Shown in pieces: positions 22,001 through 35,378 of a stretch of 64,000 nucleotides of DNA. Origin of the DNA: Lingula anatina (lineage: Eukaryota; Animalia; Brachiopoda); assembly GCA_051362555.1 (NCBI GenBank), contig CM120641.1:35718401-35782400 (forward strand), read 5' to 3'. The notes beneath the pieces are model-generated. The model saw only the letters and a program-made list of their open reading frames with translations. It was not told the origin of the DNA and did no database searches. Made by a program: the position numbers and the translations under genes. Each line of letters opens with the position of its first letter. The first letter of the stretch is position 1.

Positions 22001-25000
22001 AGCGTATGTCTAGGTAAGGGGTCGTAACCGTGGTCAACGCAGTTCCATATATAACGTACGAATGTCGAATATGAGAGTATGAATAATTAAATATATGGGT
22101 AGTTCTATTTTCCTGATAATTATGAACTGCAATCTGGATCAGATCCATTTGGCATTACAAAATACCAATTTTTCTATCTAAACACTTGCATCTTAAAACA
22201 AATCCACGGCCCAGCACTTAAAATGTGATTCGCGCTTCTTTTTTTACACAGGTCACAAAGCTGTTCAGAACCATTTTACTGTCAAATTACCCTCGCAAGA
22301 TCCGTTGCTGGCGTCCACATCATAGTTACCACCTGCGTTACAATTAATAGTGCCTCCAAATCCAGAGAGCTGGTATCCTGATGGACAAGTGTAGTTTACA
22401 TGCCCGCCTATAAAACAACAGGTGGCACTACACTGACTGTACGCCTTTGTTGCCTGGGCAATGTTTGGTGACGCACCGCAAGGAGCAACCGCTATGAAAC
22501 AATCAAACAAAAAATTAACATCAATGCGCAATAGACGCCACTACTCTACAGTGTTTATAACTGACATCAGAATCGCTATTGATGCACAAATATGTAGAAG
22601 GATATGCATGTTGTGTAAAAGTGTTAAAATCTACTAGTAGCATAATGTTCTTGAGGAAAGAGCTAATCTGTGGATACTGGCATATGCAGATAGCTATCCA
22701 TGAAATGCTTTGTTGTATTAATAGCGTATGTGTAATGTATAGGCCCTGTCACATCATGTGCGTAAAATACATACGTATGAGTACTGTGAAATCGTTTATA
22801 CGCACAACTTTGGGCGTAAAAAACCTTGTCCAGCGTATGAGAATTAACGTTTAAGCAGCGTAGAAATATGGTATTGAAAGCGTATTTACACTGTATGCGT
22901 TTGAATGCCGTATGGGTAATTAAGGTGATTCATCGTAAGCGTAACGTATATGTACCGTATATCAACGTATGAGTAACGTATGTATTGTATATCAGCGTTT
23001 AAGTAACGTATAAGAGCGTTTGATTGGCATATGTAAATGCGTTTCTTAAGCATATATGAGCGTTTGAATACCGAATATAAACGTATACTTAGCGCATATT
23101 TATAAGTGTGTAAATGACGTATAGGTAGCGTGCTTCTGTTTTGTTGAAACTTTTGAAGTTGAAACTGAATTAAATGCAACTGGTACTAGAAAATACCTAA
23201 ATTAATCCAGTCCTTTCCATTTTGGGCGGTTGTGATGAAAATGTGCAAATTAAACTCTTTTTTAACCACAAATGACAAAAAGGAGAGGATGCGTTAATCA
23301 CACGTTTATCATGCGTTAGGTAAGCGCAAAAAACGTTTGGTGTACGCTAATGTACGTAAAGAATATATGAATATACGGCAGACATACACTGTACGTTAAC
23401 ATACGTAAACTATCGTTGGAAACGGGTCACATACGCTACTGGATCGTCAGTGTATCGTTCCATATACGCTATACATACACTGCATATATCAAACCACCGC
23501 ATTAGAGGCGTAGCATTTACGTATGCTTAGCGTCAGTCTAGCTTATTCATCTTATGTTTAGCGTATCCCTAACGAAATGCTACATGTTGGTATTGTGCGA
23601 CTCAAACATTGAACATTTTTGAACATGCTAAGAATTTTGGTTCCTTCTTCTACTTAAGTAAGTGTACACCAACGTTTGCATGCGTATGTAAAACGTGAAC
23701 GGCGTCATAACAGCAAACCAACTACTTTTGTCTGCGTAATTCATACGTTAGAGCAATACGCTGTAGTGTGACAGAGCCAAATTTTTGGTTTTGGTCCGTG
23801 TAGGTAACGTTAAGGTTATGATATTGACGTTGCTGCAAAATACAATTCATTTTTTGGCTTTAGCAACACTTTCATATAGTTCATTTTTGGGGTTTAATAA
23901 TAATAACAGCAAGGGGACTGCCAACTGGATCGGTACTACTTTGCTCGTTTGCTCTACTAGTACGTTACCTACACGTTGATGACATTCGTTAACATACGCC
24001 TGTTTCCGATACTCTTACGTATACAAATCAATCATACGTCATTTGGATGCTTATTTTACGGGGGTTTTTTTCCCTCATACATATACTGTAATCATACGTT
24101 CATATACGCTACACTTACGATGGCATAAATTCAGAAATTCTGCTCATACGATAGCCATACACAAAGTATACGATGTGAAAACAACATCAATACATTATTA
24201 CTACGCTACTTGTACATTAATTCTAAAATGGTTTTTCAAAGTTGTGCGTATCATCGATTTCTCATACGATACTCATACCTACCTGTATCTCTTTTACTCT
24301 AGATGTGACAAGACCTTTGCATACATCTGCGTTGTATGCGTAGTGCTCTCTTTCGTTAGTGCTATACACAATGTTGTGACAGCGCCTTCAGGGCCCCGTA
24401 ACTCCAATGCATTGCGCATTGCGATTCCATACCTCGCCAATGCTCGCCCCATTGATACAATGTAGTCTCTATGTGATATCGCTATTCGCAATATGCGATG
24501 CTTTCGAGGAGTTACGGGCCCTAGTTTGCTTGCGTGCGTTGATGCTACTTATACTAGTTTTTAAAGCTGTCCCCGCAGCTGTGTGATCTGATTTACTCTT
24601 AATGGTTTAAGAAATTTAAAACCACTATTGGAACAGGTCTGCATAAAACATGCCATTCTGTGTGTCTAGACTGGTTCCTTTTCACCAGAATACATCTATA
24701 TTACCTTGTTGACACTGGTATGGGAATGTGTCCTCACAGCTGTGTGCTGAGAAATTTACAGATGCCATACTGTATGTAAATGTAGCTGCTTGACACTGCC
24801 CATTGCTGGCTGGCTCTACTCCACCTGGCCATTGGTTATAGTCAGGATCCATGCCAGACCAGGCACTGCCATTATTCTCTATGCCTATCCAACGCTGAGT
24901 GCCATTGGTGCTGTACACAAATGATGACAAATAAAACGATATTACTTATAAAGGAATTAAAAAGTGATGATCCAAAATGTGTTCTCTCTCTAAATGTCCT

Positions 25001-25575
25001 CCCTATTAATAAATTCGACTCCACACCATGTTTCTATAACATAAACGCTGTTAAATTTGAACAATTTTCAAGGAAACAATGTAACTTATGAATGTCTAAA
25101 CATAAAAAAATTATCAAAACATTAAACAAAAACTTACAATTCGTGAAATGATTCCACAGTACCGTTGGTCGGTACTGCCAGGACTGAGCAAATGTCTTCA
25201 CAGTTTTGCTTGGCTACAGTGTATGTGACTGTGGCATCATTTTTACACCAGTGCTTGTCCAAGGTTGCTGCTGTCCTATTAAATGAGGGGCAATCTGCCA
25301 TTAACGCAACACCATAAATGCCATGACTGCATCCTATCAGAAGCATTGCAATCTAAAAAAGAAGGAAAGTGGGGGAATATCAGATTCAATTTCTTCAAGA
25401 GGAAGGACTTTCATTTAACATTCGTTCTTACCTTTTTTAATTTACCAGATAATATATCAGAATTACAGGATTGTAATGGTTTTCAATATTTTAAATAACT
25501 CATTAATAATACATTTGTCTAATTTTCATTCTAATTCATTGGTGCTTTATCTAATCTCACCTTCACCCACTCCAT
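16034..25575 (-). CDS. Gene C: signal peptide-CTLD-5xCCP-TM-short tail, ~540 aa type I membrane protein
   Basis: Exons (minus): 25575-25561 (MEWVK), 25352-25138 and 24910-24705 (CTLD), 22491-22291, 20892-20707, 20248-20063, 17833-17645, 17101-16898 (CCPs) and 16254-16034 (…EAPGAAITGSVGVIVLVSVVVSIVASDIRTLKRH…EKTGV*). Total 1623 nt, open frame, GT-AG introns. Confidence 0.85.
18085..19785. mobile_element. Helentron-associated (HINE-like) element with nested MITEs in a gene C intron
   Basis: Internal degenerate repeats (ATATGA.TTCCT…AACTATGGG at ~18170, 18310 and 18800) and a 3' hairpin AGTACCGCCAGC-acacac-GCTGGTGGTACT at 19752-19781. Contains the MITE at 18830-18997. Absent from the corresponding short intron of gene D (42110-42348). 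Confidence 0.6.
20500..20767 (-). repeat. 67-bp minisatellite (4 units) made of the CCP8 exon 3' end plus its splice donor, gene C
   Basis: Donor-equivalent hexamers start at 20500, 20567, 20634 and 20701, exactly 67 nt apart. The unit is ATGACCGTCACATGTCA..TGTGACCGTAAGT on the minus strand. Confidence 0.9.
21658..21678 (-). pseudogene. 21-nt remnant of a deleted CCP exon (equivalent to gene D CCP4) in gene C
   Basis: GTACCCCGTCTTCATGCCAAA|gtaagta matches the end of D exon 44880-44698 (…ACCCCGTCTTCATGCCGAA|gtaagta). The following intron (21320-21650) matches 44335-44690. No acceptor or 5' part of the exon remains. Confidence 0.85.
22742..23778. mobile_element. Non-autonomous TIR element (GGCCCTGTCACA…TGTGACAGAGCC), TACG-rich interior, Harbinger-like
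   Basis: TIRs at both ends. Related TACG-rich fragments lie at ~21680-22095, 23780-24388 and 46700-47100. Confidence 0.65.
24390..24522. mobile_element. Hairpin MITE
   Basis: AGGGCCCCGTAACTCC…GGAGTTACGGGCCCT inverted ends with an internal GCATTGCG/CGCAATATGC inversion. Confidence 0.6.
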
Positions 25576-26721
25576 GATATACAAATTGACCATCTGCTGG
25601 GTGATCGAGTATGTTTGGAATGTTTCAGAAATCTTTCCAAGCAGAGTGTCAGTTTGTTATAAGTGCTCTTAAAAGTATACTTTTGAAAATCCCTACAAGA
25701 GTACTGCCACTGATTGTAGAGGTGAGCTTCTTGTGCTTCCCTGAAATATGGGCTGAAATAAAAGACTCACTAAAAAACAAAAGATACGCTGCTTAACATT
25801 TTTTTTAGAATTTCAGACTTTCAAAATGGATCGATAAGTATGCCAATTTTTAAATACTTGTAAGAGAGAACATATAATACTGCATTTATCAGAGTTGGAT
25901 TAGGCTCACACAAATAAATTTAGCTAGTATACATTCCAACAAATTTATTTTTAGGGAGGAGGCACTGCACTTCTCCAATAAACCAGGTAAAACGGTAAAA
26001 CTCACTAACACTAACAGTACTAAGACTCCAGTCACCCCGAATATGTAAGGCAGCGAACTGACTTCCTAGCTTTAAAAATTTATGCCTGTACAAGTTTTAC
26101 AAATCGAAAAGAAAAGAAATTTATTTGAAAGAGTTTTCTGACTTCTCACAAACATAATGAAAAGTAACACAGTATTCCTTTCATGGTATTTGTGCAGTGC
26201 ACAAAATGACATTTTTGTCAATTTTGACGCAATATTATATAATGAGTAACAGCATTATCACCAACGATTTCTAATTATCTACTATAGATATTTACAAAGT
26301 TATTTAGAAAATGTGAATACCAAAGGCATTAAGGCTCATGAAAGTCCAAAGTCGCACTTTATAACCTTAAAAGACATCTTTAAACATATGTAAAACAAAA
26401 TAACTAAAATTCAGGGTTAAAAAGGAAATATAAGTCTTAATTTAGTTTAATTTAGTTAATTTAGTTTAATTTATTTTTTGTTGCTTAGATAAGAATGCAC
26501 TGCGTCCAATATAACACAATCACTCCCAATGTGGAAAAATCTCATTTCTTATTATCTGGAAAAATCCGGAAAACGTTAAATCTTTAACATCAGAGATGGG
26601 TTGAATAACTTGCATTGTCGTTTTTTACTTTGTTATTCCGACGCCGTGCGCAAACTCGCAAGTACGATGCAGGCTGGCTTTAAAACGCTGGAGTTCACCT
26701 TTACAAATAAACACTATTACT

Positions 26722-27691
26722 CATGGGCGTAACTAGGCATACGCACGGATGCACCGTGCGTACAATTTTTTGGCCAACCATGATATTATTTTATATAAAT
26801 TTAGTGTATTTTTCACGGAATATAAAAGAAAATCCTCTGCTTATTAAAGTCACCTGTATGTACAAATCCTCTGTATCAATTGTACATGTATAGGCACAAT
26901 TGTTCTAACCTCCCCCCTCCCCGTCTTGCAAACTGAGGTAAACAATGCCTTGTAACCTTAACAAGTCCTATCTTAATCGTCCATCTAACTGAAACTTCCT
27001 TTACCTCTTAATTGGAGGGTTCAGTGGCCCTCAACTCTTCTGTACCCTCTTTCTTGAGAATATCGATCGCATTCTCGCTGTCGATATTTATCTCAGGTAA
27101 AAATTATTTCAGGTATTATTTCAAAGAGCAGCTCCCGCAACCCTGGGGGCACTAGATAAAATCTGGACACCAGGTTTAAGAAGGAGCTAGAGAAACAAAG
27201 GAAGAATTTTTCCTGCAAAGCTTCAAAGAATTTTGACAAGGACTTGACCCAGCTTACCCCTCCAAACTAACAGGGTGACATGGGCAGTTTTTACAAACAA
27301 ATAATTAAACTTAGATGTATCAGAGCTCTGTCGTGTCGTACATGGTTGTTTTTGGGAGCCATGCATCCACATGTAAGGTGAATGAAACCGTATGTTACAT
27401 GTAGTTCAACTCAGAGGTGGATCCAGGATTATTCGAAGGCGGTTCCACATATGCGAAGCTAGCCTCCTTTTAAATAAATATACCGTTCTGGGTAATAAGA
27501 ATATTGAAACTTTTTTAATTGCGAGAATATTTCTGACTAAATGATGATTTCATTATTAATGGAAATTAAGCTGCGATGTGTGGTACATATGCTGTAATTA
27601 CGCTGTCCTTCATCTCTTGCGTTAGTCTACATTTTGCTGGGAATTTTAAAAATCTGTGCGTACAATTTTTAAAGGTCTGGTTACGCCCCTG
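26722..27691. mobile_element. ~1-kb non-autonomous TIR element (CATGGGCGTAACTAG…CTGGTTACGCCCCTG)
   Basis: TIRs plus a subterminal direct repeat GTGCGTACAATTTTT. The interior 26920-27640 is homologous to 49860-50410. Confidence 0.6.
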
Positions 27692-27904
27692 TAATTTACT
27701 GTTATGCCGCAATAACCTGACCAGTTTGTGTCAACTTCAAATGTAAGCAGAATTATTTAAAGTAGGTGTCCGACACAGCAATCTTTTATCACATCACCTG
27801 AACATCTCGGCGTTCAGAAGTTTCAAGGTCCTTCGTGAACAAGAGATTATTGCAAGCCGGTTATTTCGCACGAAGGCCTGTACGGGAACCACTACTGTTA
27901 ACAG

Positions 27905-28056
27905 CTGGGCTCCGTATCTCGAAAGGTTCGCTATGTTGCGCACGTGCGTTGGTGTCTCGATTCCATAACCGATTCTATTTCGAGATATGGGGCCATGGAA
28001 TCGAGACACATGCGCACGTGCGCAACATAGCGAACCTTTAGAGATACGGAGCCCAG
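27905..28056. mobile_element. Palindromic MITE
   Basis: ~60-bp arms: CTGGGCTCCGTATCTC.AAAGGTTCGCTATGTTGCGCACGTGCG… and its reverse complement. Confidence 0.8.
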
Positions 28057-30452
28057 GTCATATACAGCGGCGTCTGCGATGGGCTGGGAACAACGTGCGT
28101 TTGTACATGTAGCCAAACCACCGGAATCACGTCGTTTTCAGCAATGAGGCCAAATATGGAGTTTTTATGGTTGACGGTCGAATCCGTATCCGCCGACGTG
28201 TACGAGGGGCATATAACGATGATTGTGTACTGCCTATGGTGCAAGCGGGGGTGGTAGCGTCTCTGTTTAGGAAGCATTTCATGTCGGTGCCAAGAACCAG
28301 TTGGTTTTTCTAGAAGGCAACCTCAACCAGGATTCCTAGAGAGACATTCTCGGTACAATATTGTCATCCATGCGCTGTTTTGTTTTTGTTAACAATAGTA
28401 CCATGCCCTACCCCGTAGGGTAATTATCGTGTCTTACTTTCTGCTAACAAAAAGGCCTAACCCTAGTTCGCCGAGATAAAGATCGAAGCTGAGCATGGTC
28501 GCAAATAAGTGATCGTCCGCGGTGGCTTCACTCTACTTTGATCACTCTACTCTGATACGGAGATCTTAACTATAAAAACTTGCCAATAATGATTTTCAAA
28601 AGTGACTTTACCAAAAATATTCGGCTATGAAAGCAACTTTCATGTATATTTTAGCTATGAATTGATTGAATTGACATAGAGTTGAATAAATGAATTAATG
28701 AAAGACTTAATAAAACACTACTCGTACTTGTACATGTAATATTCATTAAGCTTCAAACCGTCATTGCTATATACATATTATGAAAACAATTAAACTTCTC
28801 TTGTCTTGTCGCCATGATGATACACTGTGTGACTATAGCATATACTATGTAAATAGTGTGTAGACCAAGATAAGTCTTAGGTCAATATATACCAGATTGC
28901 AAGAAGCCATTGAGCAATATCTATTTTGTCCTATGCATATGCAGTTCAAAACGATAAAAATAATTCATGTTTACGATCTAAACCCCAAACTTAATCAAAA
29001 GCCTTCTTCATATCTTAAAGCATCAAGGTAAATTAATTTAAGAAGCTGGAATACCATCTCTTGAGCCAACTTCACTGTTTGGCACGTGTCATCTCAAAAT
29101 AACTAACTGTCTGTTCAGGTTAGCTTTAAGCTTGCCAGGTAAACACGGTGATTAAGCTCTGACTTTTACACAATCACAACTGTGTGACACGCGTCGACTT
29201 AATTTAATGTTAACATTGCGATGACATCTTTCAATCCTTACTATTCAATTTTACCTAATTATCAAATAGCTGACACGTGTCAATAAGATTGTTTGCCTAT
29301 CTGGACTTCCTAAATGACCAGTAAGTATTTTTGTATAATATGACATGTTTATATGCCATATTATGTGCCATCGTGTCACCTGCCAAATGAACGGTATAAA
29401 TCTACACTCCAATTTTCCAAATAATCAATATTTTAAGATGCCTCTTTCCGATTATGTACGTTTGCGTATCATCGTCTTCTGAAAACAAGCGGTGCGAATT
29501 AAAGATATCACCACACAAATGGAAAATGAAGGCCATAAAGTGTCGCGACAGGCAATTTACCGTGTGTTAAAGAAATAAACGAAGGACTGGGTATTTCCTT
29601 TACTCTAATCATCTGTTGCAGTTGATACGATATAACCCGGTATTGTTTGCTCGGGTCGTAAGCAATTTCTTTGCATCAGCGATAAAGGAAAACTGAAGTG
29701 AAAACATTAAGAAGGAGCAGAGCGTGTTCGATGAACAGACTAATTTAGGTGTCCAATAAGGATTTCTTGCCGATTCTCCTACCCTGTAATTATTATGTGG
29801 CCTCTATTGTTCGACCATACGGCAGGGTTGGGTAAGGTGACTTTTCGGCGGCACTGTGACGTGTAAGTATGATTAAAAAAACAGAAATCGATACAGATTG
29901 ATTGACTGTAAACAAGAATGTTCCAAGTAAATAACACAGCTATGCACCTGCTTTTCACTAGTTAATCTTTGAAGATACAAAAAATGATGGAAATTTTATT
30001 GATTATTTTACTATAAATGCCTACCCCACAATTAGCGGTATCAAGAAATCGAAAGTATTTTCTTACCCTTTCATCTGATATTTCTATGTTGCGAACAAAA
30101 TATCGAGCTGCTATAACAACACGTTACAGATTAACAGAACAAAAAAAATTTACCACCAAAACTTTTAGTAGGACCTCTTTTTGGTCCATTTTCTGGTCCT
30201 ACTAGTATCAGCCAGACAAACCAGTGCATTTATTTGTGCTTAGATGTACATACATCTACTATTTCACACTTTTGTGAGATTTAGAATACAGGTATGATGA
30301 TGAAATATCCATGGTCTTCAAGACACATCACGCGCAAGACATCGAGCTTTAGGGGAGCTAGGCTGCTCAGTTAGACATTTTTCGGCCCTTTAAGGATACT
30401 GTAAGCGTTTGCCAAAAACAGATAAATCTTCAGTGTTCATTAACTAAATTAA

Positions 30453-33400
30453 GTGCCATTTCACGAGAGAATCAACCAAATAGCGGCAAGGTGGGGGTCA
30501 ACAGATTCAACCCAAATTTTCTGTGTTTGATAACTGTTACAAAAGATGTTGAAAGCACACTTTAAAAAAAATCTGAAAATTCTGGAAAAAATAGATATTG
30601 CCATCTGAAATTTGGGGGGCCTGACCACACAAAATATCGTAACAAAAGTAGTGGAAGTTTGCTTGTAAATTCCATGAAGGATTTGATATTTCAGCCTTAA
30701 CTATTCCCTTTTTCTAAGGATCCATGCCAAGACCTTTCGGATGATATGTGACTAAATTGTCAATCACGTTGCTATAGTAACGAAATTGGCCCGTGAAAAG
30801 AGGGTACAAAATCAAGGTAAAAAATCAGCACTCGCCAATTGGCAAATTTAGCCTAACACGGCGTCAAATTTGAATAAAATAAGGCAATTTTTGAACAGTT
30901 AAGGACTTGAGCTTTGTAATTACGCAATAAAAAATACTGCACCTCGTCAGGATACGTTGGGGTGGACGTCTAGAATGAGGGGTGTGAGCGGTGAGTTACG
31001 CGGTTGTTCATTTCTATGGTACTGTTGAAATACGCCTGGTTTTTATTAATCGTACTTTTTGCTTATGCTAACACAAATGACAATACTCTAAATAGTTTTC
31101 CGAATGATTAGCGTCGTTGTAATTGGTTTCAAGACCAAGAAAATAGTTCGAAACTTACGTCCATAACTCTGCGTGCTTCCTCACAATCAACATGGCGGAA
31201 AGATGTGGACGTCGGTGTGAGAAGGCAATATTTTTGATGCAGAAAAGGGAGCATGCGGACTTAAACCTGTCTACAAATATCAGACGAGTTGTATCTTGCT
31301 TCGGGAGTGAACCAGACATGTTGAGAATCATTTACGAAATCTGAATGTGCTTCGCGTCCAGGGTCAAATCAGGGATGATAGGGAGCACATTCTTCAGACG
31401 CTCCGAGTGTGAGCTACTGAGCCTAACGGTATATTTCGACTAGGGACGGAATAGACTCAATCCAGAGAGTGCCAACACCCACTTCACACAAAGAAAGGAA
31501 AACCCTTTGCTAACCAAGCGACTGGTGTCTAGATTTCAAAGATTTGTTTGCCCTACTCACTAGGCCTAGGGTATGAGGTAAATAAGATTCTGTGCCATGC
31601 CTTAGATTCATCATCCTTTATATGTCTTATTAGTTTTACTGAAAAAAAAAACCTTCATTCTGCTTATTATATGCGTTTCTCTTTGAAAAATATTGTTGTT
31701 TAGTATTCCAATCAATGTTTGTTTCAATATCATTGATGTTTGTTGTGATAATTCTAAAGCTTGAAATGTGGATTTTATCATTGCTAGATAGGACCCTGCT
31801 AATAAAAAGCCTTTCATCTGGGTAAATTTTATAGTTTCCAGAAAATTATAAGCAAGGATATATATGTAAAATTATATTTTCATTTTGTTTTTCAGATTAA
31901 CTGAGTGGAGAAAGCCAGTTAGAACTGGGTTGCAGTTATATTTCTGCTAGATAAATCTGTCTGCCAGCTGAAAACTAACATGGATAGCTTTGGAGAAATA
32001 TTAGTTTAGATGTTGTTGGGTACTATCACTGTGCTCCAACATTTTGTCCATAATGATACCAGCTTTATCTGAACAGACAGGCTTCTTTGTTCAGCACAAG
32101 CAGGAGAGGACAAATGTGAACAAGTATTGCTCCCCTTAAAGTCTCATAAAAAAGGATGAATAAAAAACAAAGAAGAAACTGTTAAACAAGGATGCATAAC
32201 TGAGTGTTCAGCAAATCATTGGTTATTTTTCATGTTTTTAAAATCTGTTTATCTGTGGAGTTGGATCGACCTATGTGGGATAATATTTCATTGGGAACAA
32301 GCCACATGGCTGATGCAGAATGTTATATAAGCATGCAATGTCAGCATCCCCTTTAAAAATACACATAATGCTCCACAGTGTATCCATTGTCAACTATTAC
32401 ATTTTTATCTTTGGAGCAAGGTGGTACTTTTTATGTTACTTTTCATTTTTTAAAATTATTATTGAAGCACTTATTTCAGGTGCATGATACCTGTTTTTAT
32501 TCATTTCCATTTCTCATTCAAAGAAAATCAGATTGCTTAAAGATAATGATATATATTTTATTGTAATTTTGAAAATTAAAAAAAAAGCACCAAAAAAATA
32601 CACTGTACAACCTTTTATTAGACTAAAAACGTCTTGCACAAATATATATAAAGTAGCAGATTTATGTGTTTAGTTGTTCTTGAATCTGCACTTTCATAAC
32701 AGGCTATCAGTGTGTTAATGGTACTGCTTTCCTCATCTGCTTTCTGAATATCTCTCCATACAGCTTCTTCCTGACCAGGTGACAAACAATTCAGAACCAA
32801 GTTGATGCCTTCTCTTGCTTTCTGTTTGTAATACCTTCTCGTTCTTGGGGCAGCAGTGTCATAGCTAGACTTAAGTTGACCTATAGCTGGTTCAAACCCA
32901 CCACGAACAAGAAAATTATTCAAATTCCCCAGATCCTGGCTTTACAGGTGTAGAGGCCCAAGAAGCTTTAAGGTCTGTCCTCCCACTACTTTGTGAGCTG
33001 CTGCTGCTGCCTGACACTGGCATGTCTAACCTTGCACGCTGAAAACAGAGGTTCTTTGGTTATTGTAACCTTAATAATGGGAGAGGTGAAAAAAGAATTG
33101 GTGTGCCTAAATAAAAGAAGCTTTTCATATCAAATCTTCAATAAACCATCTAATGGTCACAAACCTCAAAGTCCTGATTTACAAATTAACTCGATACTTT
33201 AACAATGTAAAAACAGACTGAGTGATTTACAAAATCTCTATTTTAATATGAGAACAGTGGAGGAATTGCTATATAGTTATATCAGTAGTGTGCACCTTTA
33301 TAATTACAGTATTGCTAAAACTATGCATGGAAATGATATTATAACTTACATCAGTTTCTTCTTGGGCTGAAGAAAGTTTAGACATAGAAGCCACAGTTGT

Positions 33401-34976
33401 ATGTTTAGTTGCTGTATACTTCTCATGGTGACAAGGGGACCTTCAGACTATCGAGACGTACCTGTGACGGGCAGTCTCTTTCTCTTTACACCTTTTACAG
33501 AGCTGAAAAAAGAATGGTATCACCTTTCAATTAAGTATCAGTCAAATATACTATTTAAATTTCTACAATATTAATAAAAAGTTGTTTCATAATATACATG
33601 TATATATATGTATGTGCACAAACAATCATTGAATACATGCAAGTTAGTTACTCTAATATAAATGTTCCATTTCTCAATAATTTCGTATAAAAAATTATGC
33701 TAAATGATCTCCTATCATTGGAGAGTGTGTATATAAACTGGTTATAAAATTTGTTATGGTTTTTCCATTGTTGGAAAACTACAATTACATGTAGCTGACA
33801 TAGCCATTATACTTACATGACCCTACTGGACCAACACACCAAAATCTAGTTTCAGCTCCTTGGAAATCTCGAAGCCAATTGCTTTGTAAGAAGAGGGTTT
33901 CCCTTTCCCTTTGAGAAGTGGGTGCTGGCACTTTTTGGACGTAGTCCAGTTCGTCCCTAAACGAAACCTGTGTGCTGGACATATTGTTAAGTTGAGTAGT
34001 TGGGTCAAAGTCGAAATGGCCGAGCCTGAATAAGCTCCTTTAGCTTGTTTCTGGACATGAAGCACTTTCAGGTTCTTACGTGGTTTTTAACGTCTCTGGT
34101 ACACTCCCTAAGCAAAACACACCTCCTGTGGTATTGTATGGAATGCTGAGTCCGCACGGTATACTTTCTGCACCAGGAATATTCGCTATCTCACATCTAA
34201 GTCCGCCTCCTTCCGCCATGTTGTGTACATTTTGGGGTCAATGACGCAGAGTCATAAACGAAAGTTTCGAAATATTTTCTTTATCCTCTAATCGTTACAA
34301 TAACCTTTATAATTCGGAAAAAAACTTTAAGAATATTTTCTATTATGTTAAAATAAACAAAAAAGTACGATTTATAAAGATGGGACGCATTTGAACGGCA
34401 CTATCGACCGAAATCACTGTATAACTCACCGCTCATACCCCTCATTCTAGACGTCCACCCCAACGTATCCTGACGAGGTGCAGTATTTTTTATTGCGTAA
34501 TTACAAAGCTCAAGTCCTTAACTGTTCAAAAATTGCCTTATTTTATTCAAATTTGACGCCGTGTTAGGCTAAATTTGCCAATTGGCGAGTGCTGATTTTT
34601 TACCTTGATTTTGTACCCTCTTTTCACGGGCCAATTTCGTTACTATAGCAACGTGATTGACAATTTAGTCACATATCATCCGAAAGGTCTTGGCATGGAT
34701 CCTTAGAAAAAGGGAATAGTTAAGGCTGAAATATCAAATCCTTCATGGAATTTACAAGCAAACTTCCACTACTTTTGTTACGATATTTTGTGTGGTCAGG
34801 CCCCCCAAATTTCAGATGGCAATATCTATTTTTTCCAGAATTTTCAGAATTTTTTTAAAGTGTGTTTTCAACATCTTTTGTAACAGTTATCAAACACAGA
34901 AAATTTGGGTTGAATCTGTTGACCCCCACCTTGCCGATTTTTGGCTGATTTGGTTGATTCTCTCGTGAAATGGCAC
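30453..34976. mobile_element. 4.5-kb DNA transposon with ~550-bp TIRs and TTAA target duplication (Sola3-like, non-autonomous)
   Basis: 30453-~30998 is the near-perfect reverse complement of ~34423-34976, with TTAA at 30449-30452 and 34977-34980. Decayed minus-strand coding pieces include …TICPAHRFRLGTNW..KKCQHP… (33830-34219) and …RTRRYYKQKAREGINLVLNCLSPGQ…IACYE… (32660-32923). The superfamily is inferred from TTAA + long TIRs and recalled motif similarity. Confidence 0.85.
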
Positions 34977-34984
34977 TTAATTAG

Positions 34985-35378
34985 CATTTACACACTTGTC
35001 ATCTTACGGGTGGCGTCAGAATTGTGATTATCGGGTAAAAATAGAAAATATGTTTCTCAAATTTCTCCTTTACCTGAGTACCCACAAAAACCGTTTTAAC
35101 GCCAATTTAATGACACTCCAAAATCCTGTCAGCGATTTTTAAAGGCCTGTTAGGTTTCATCGTTAATAAAGCAAAACAATGCCTTTGTAAAATGAAAATC
35201 TGTAGTTAAGAGCTCATAACTCCAAAACAAAATATTAGAACCAAAATGACAGCACTTGATTAAAGCCAATATACTTGTGGTCAACTTTGCCATTTTCGTG
35301 ATATTTTTTAGGGGTGTAGTTACGCCCCACACCAAATAATTACATGCATCTCACCTCAAAAAAATAAAGGTGTTAAAT
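34985..35378. repeat. Interspersed repeat interrupted by the long-TIR transposon; uninterrupted inverted copy at ~58925-59358
   Basis: CATCTTACGGGTG.CGTCA…TTTCTCAAATTTCTC..T.ACCTGAG.ACCCAC is shared in inverted orientation with 59230-59325. Confidence 0.7.
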
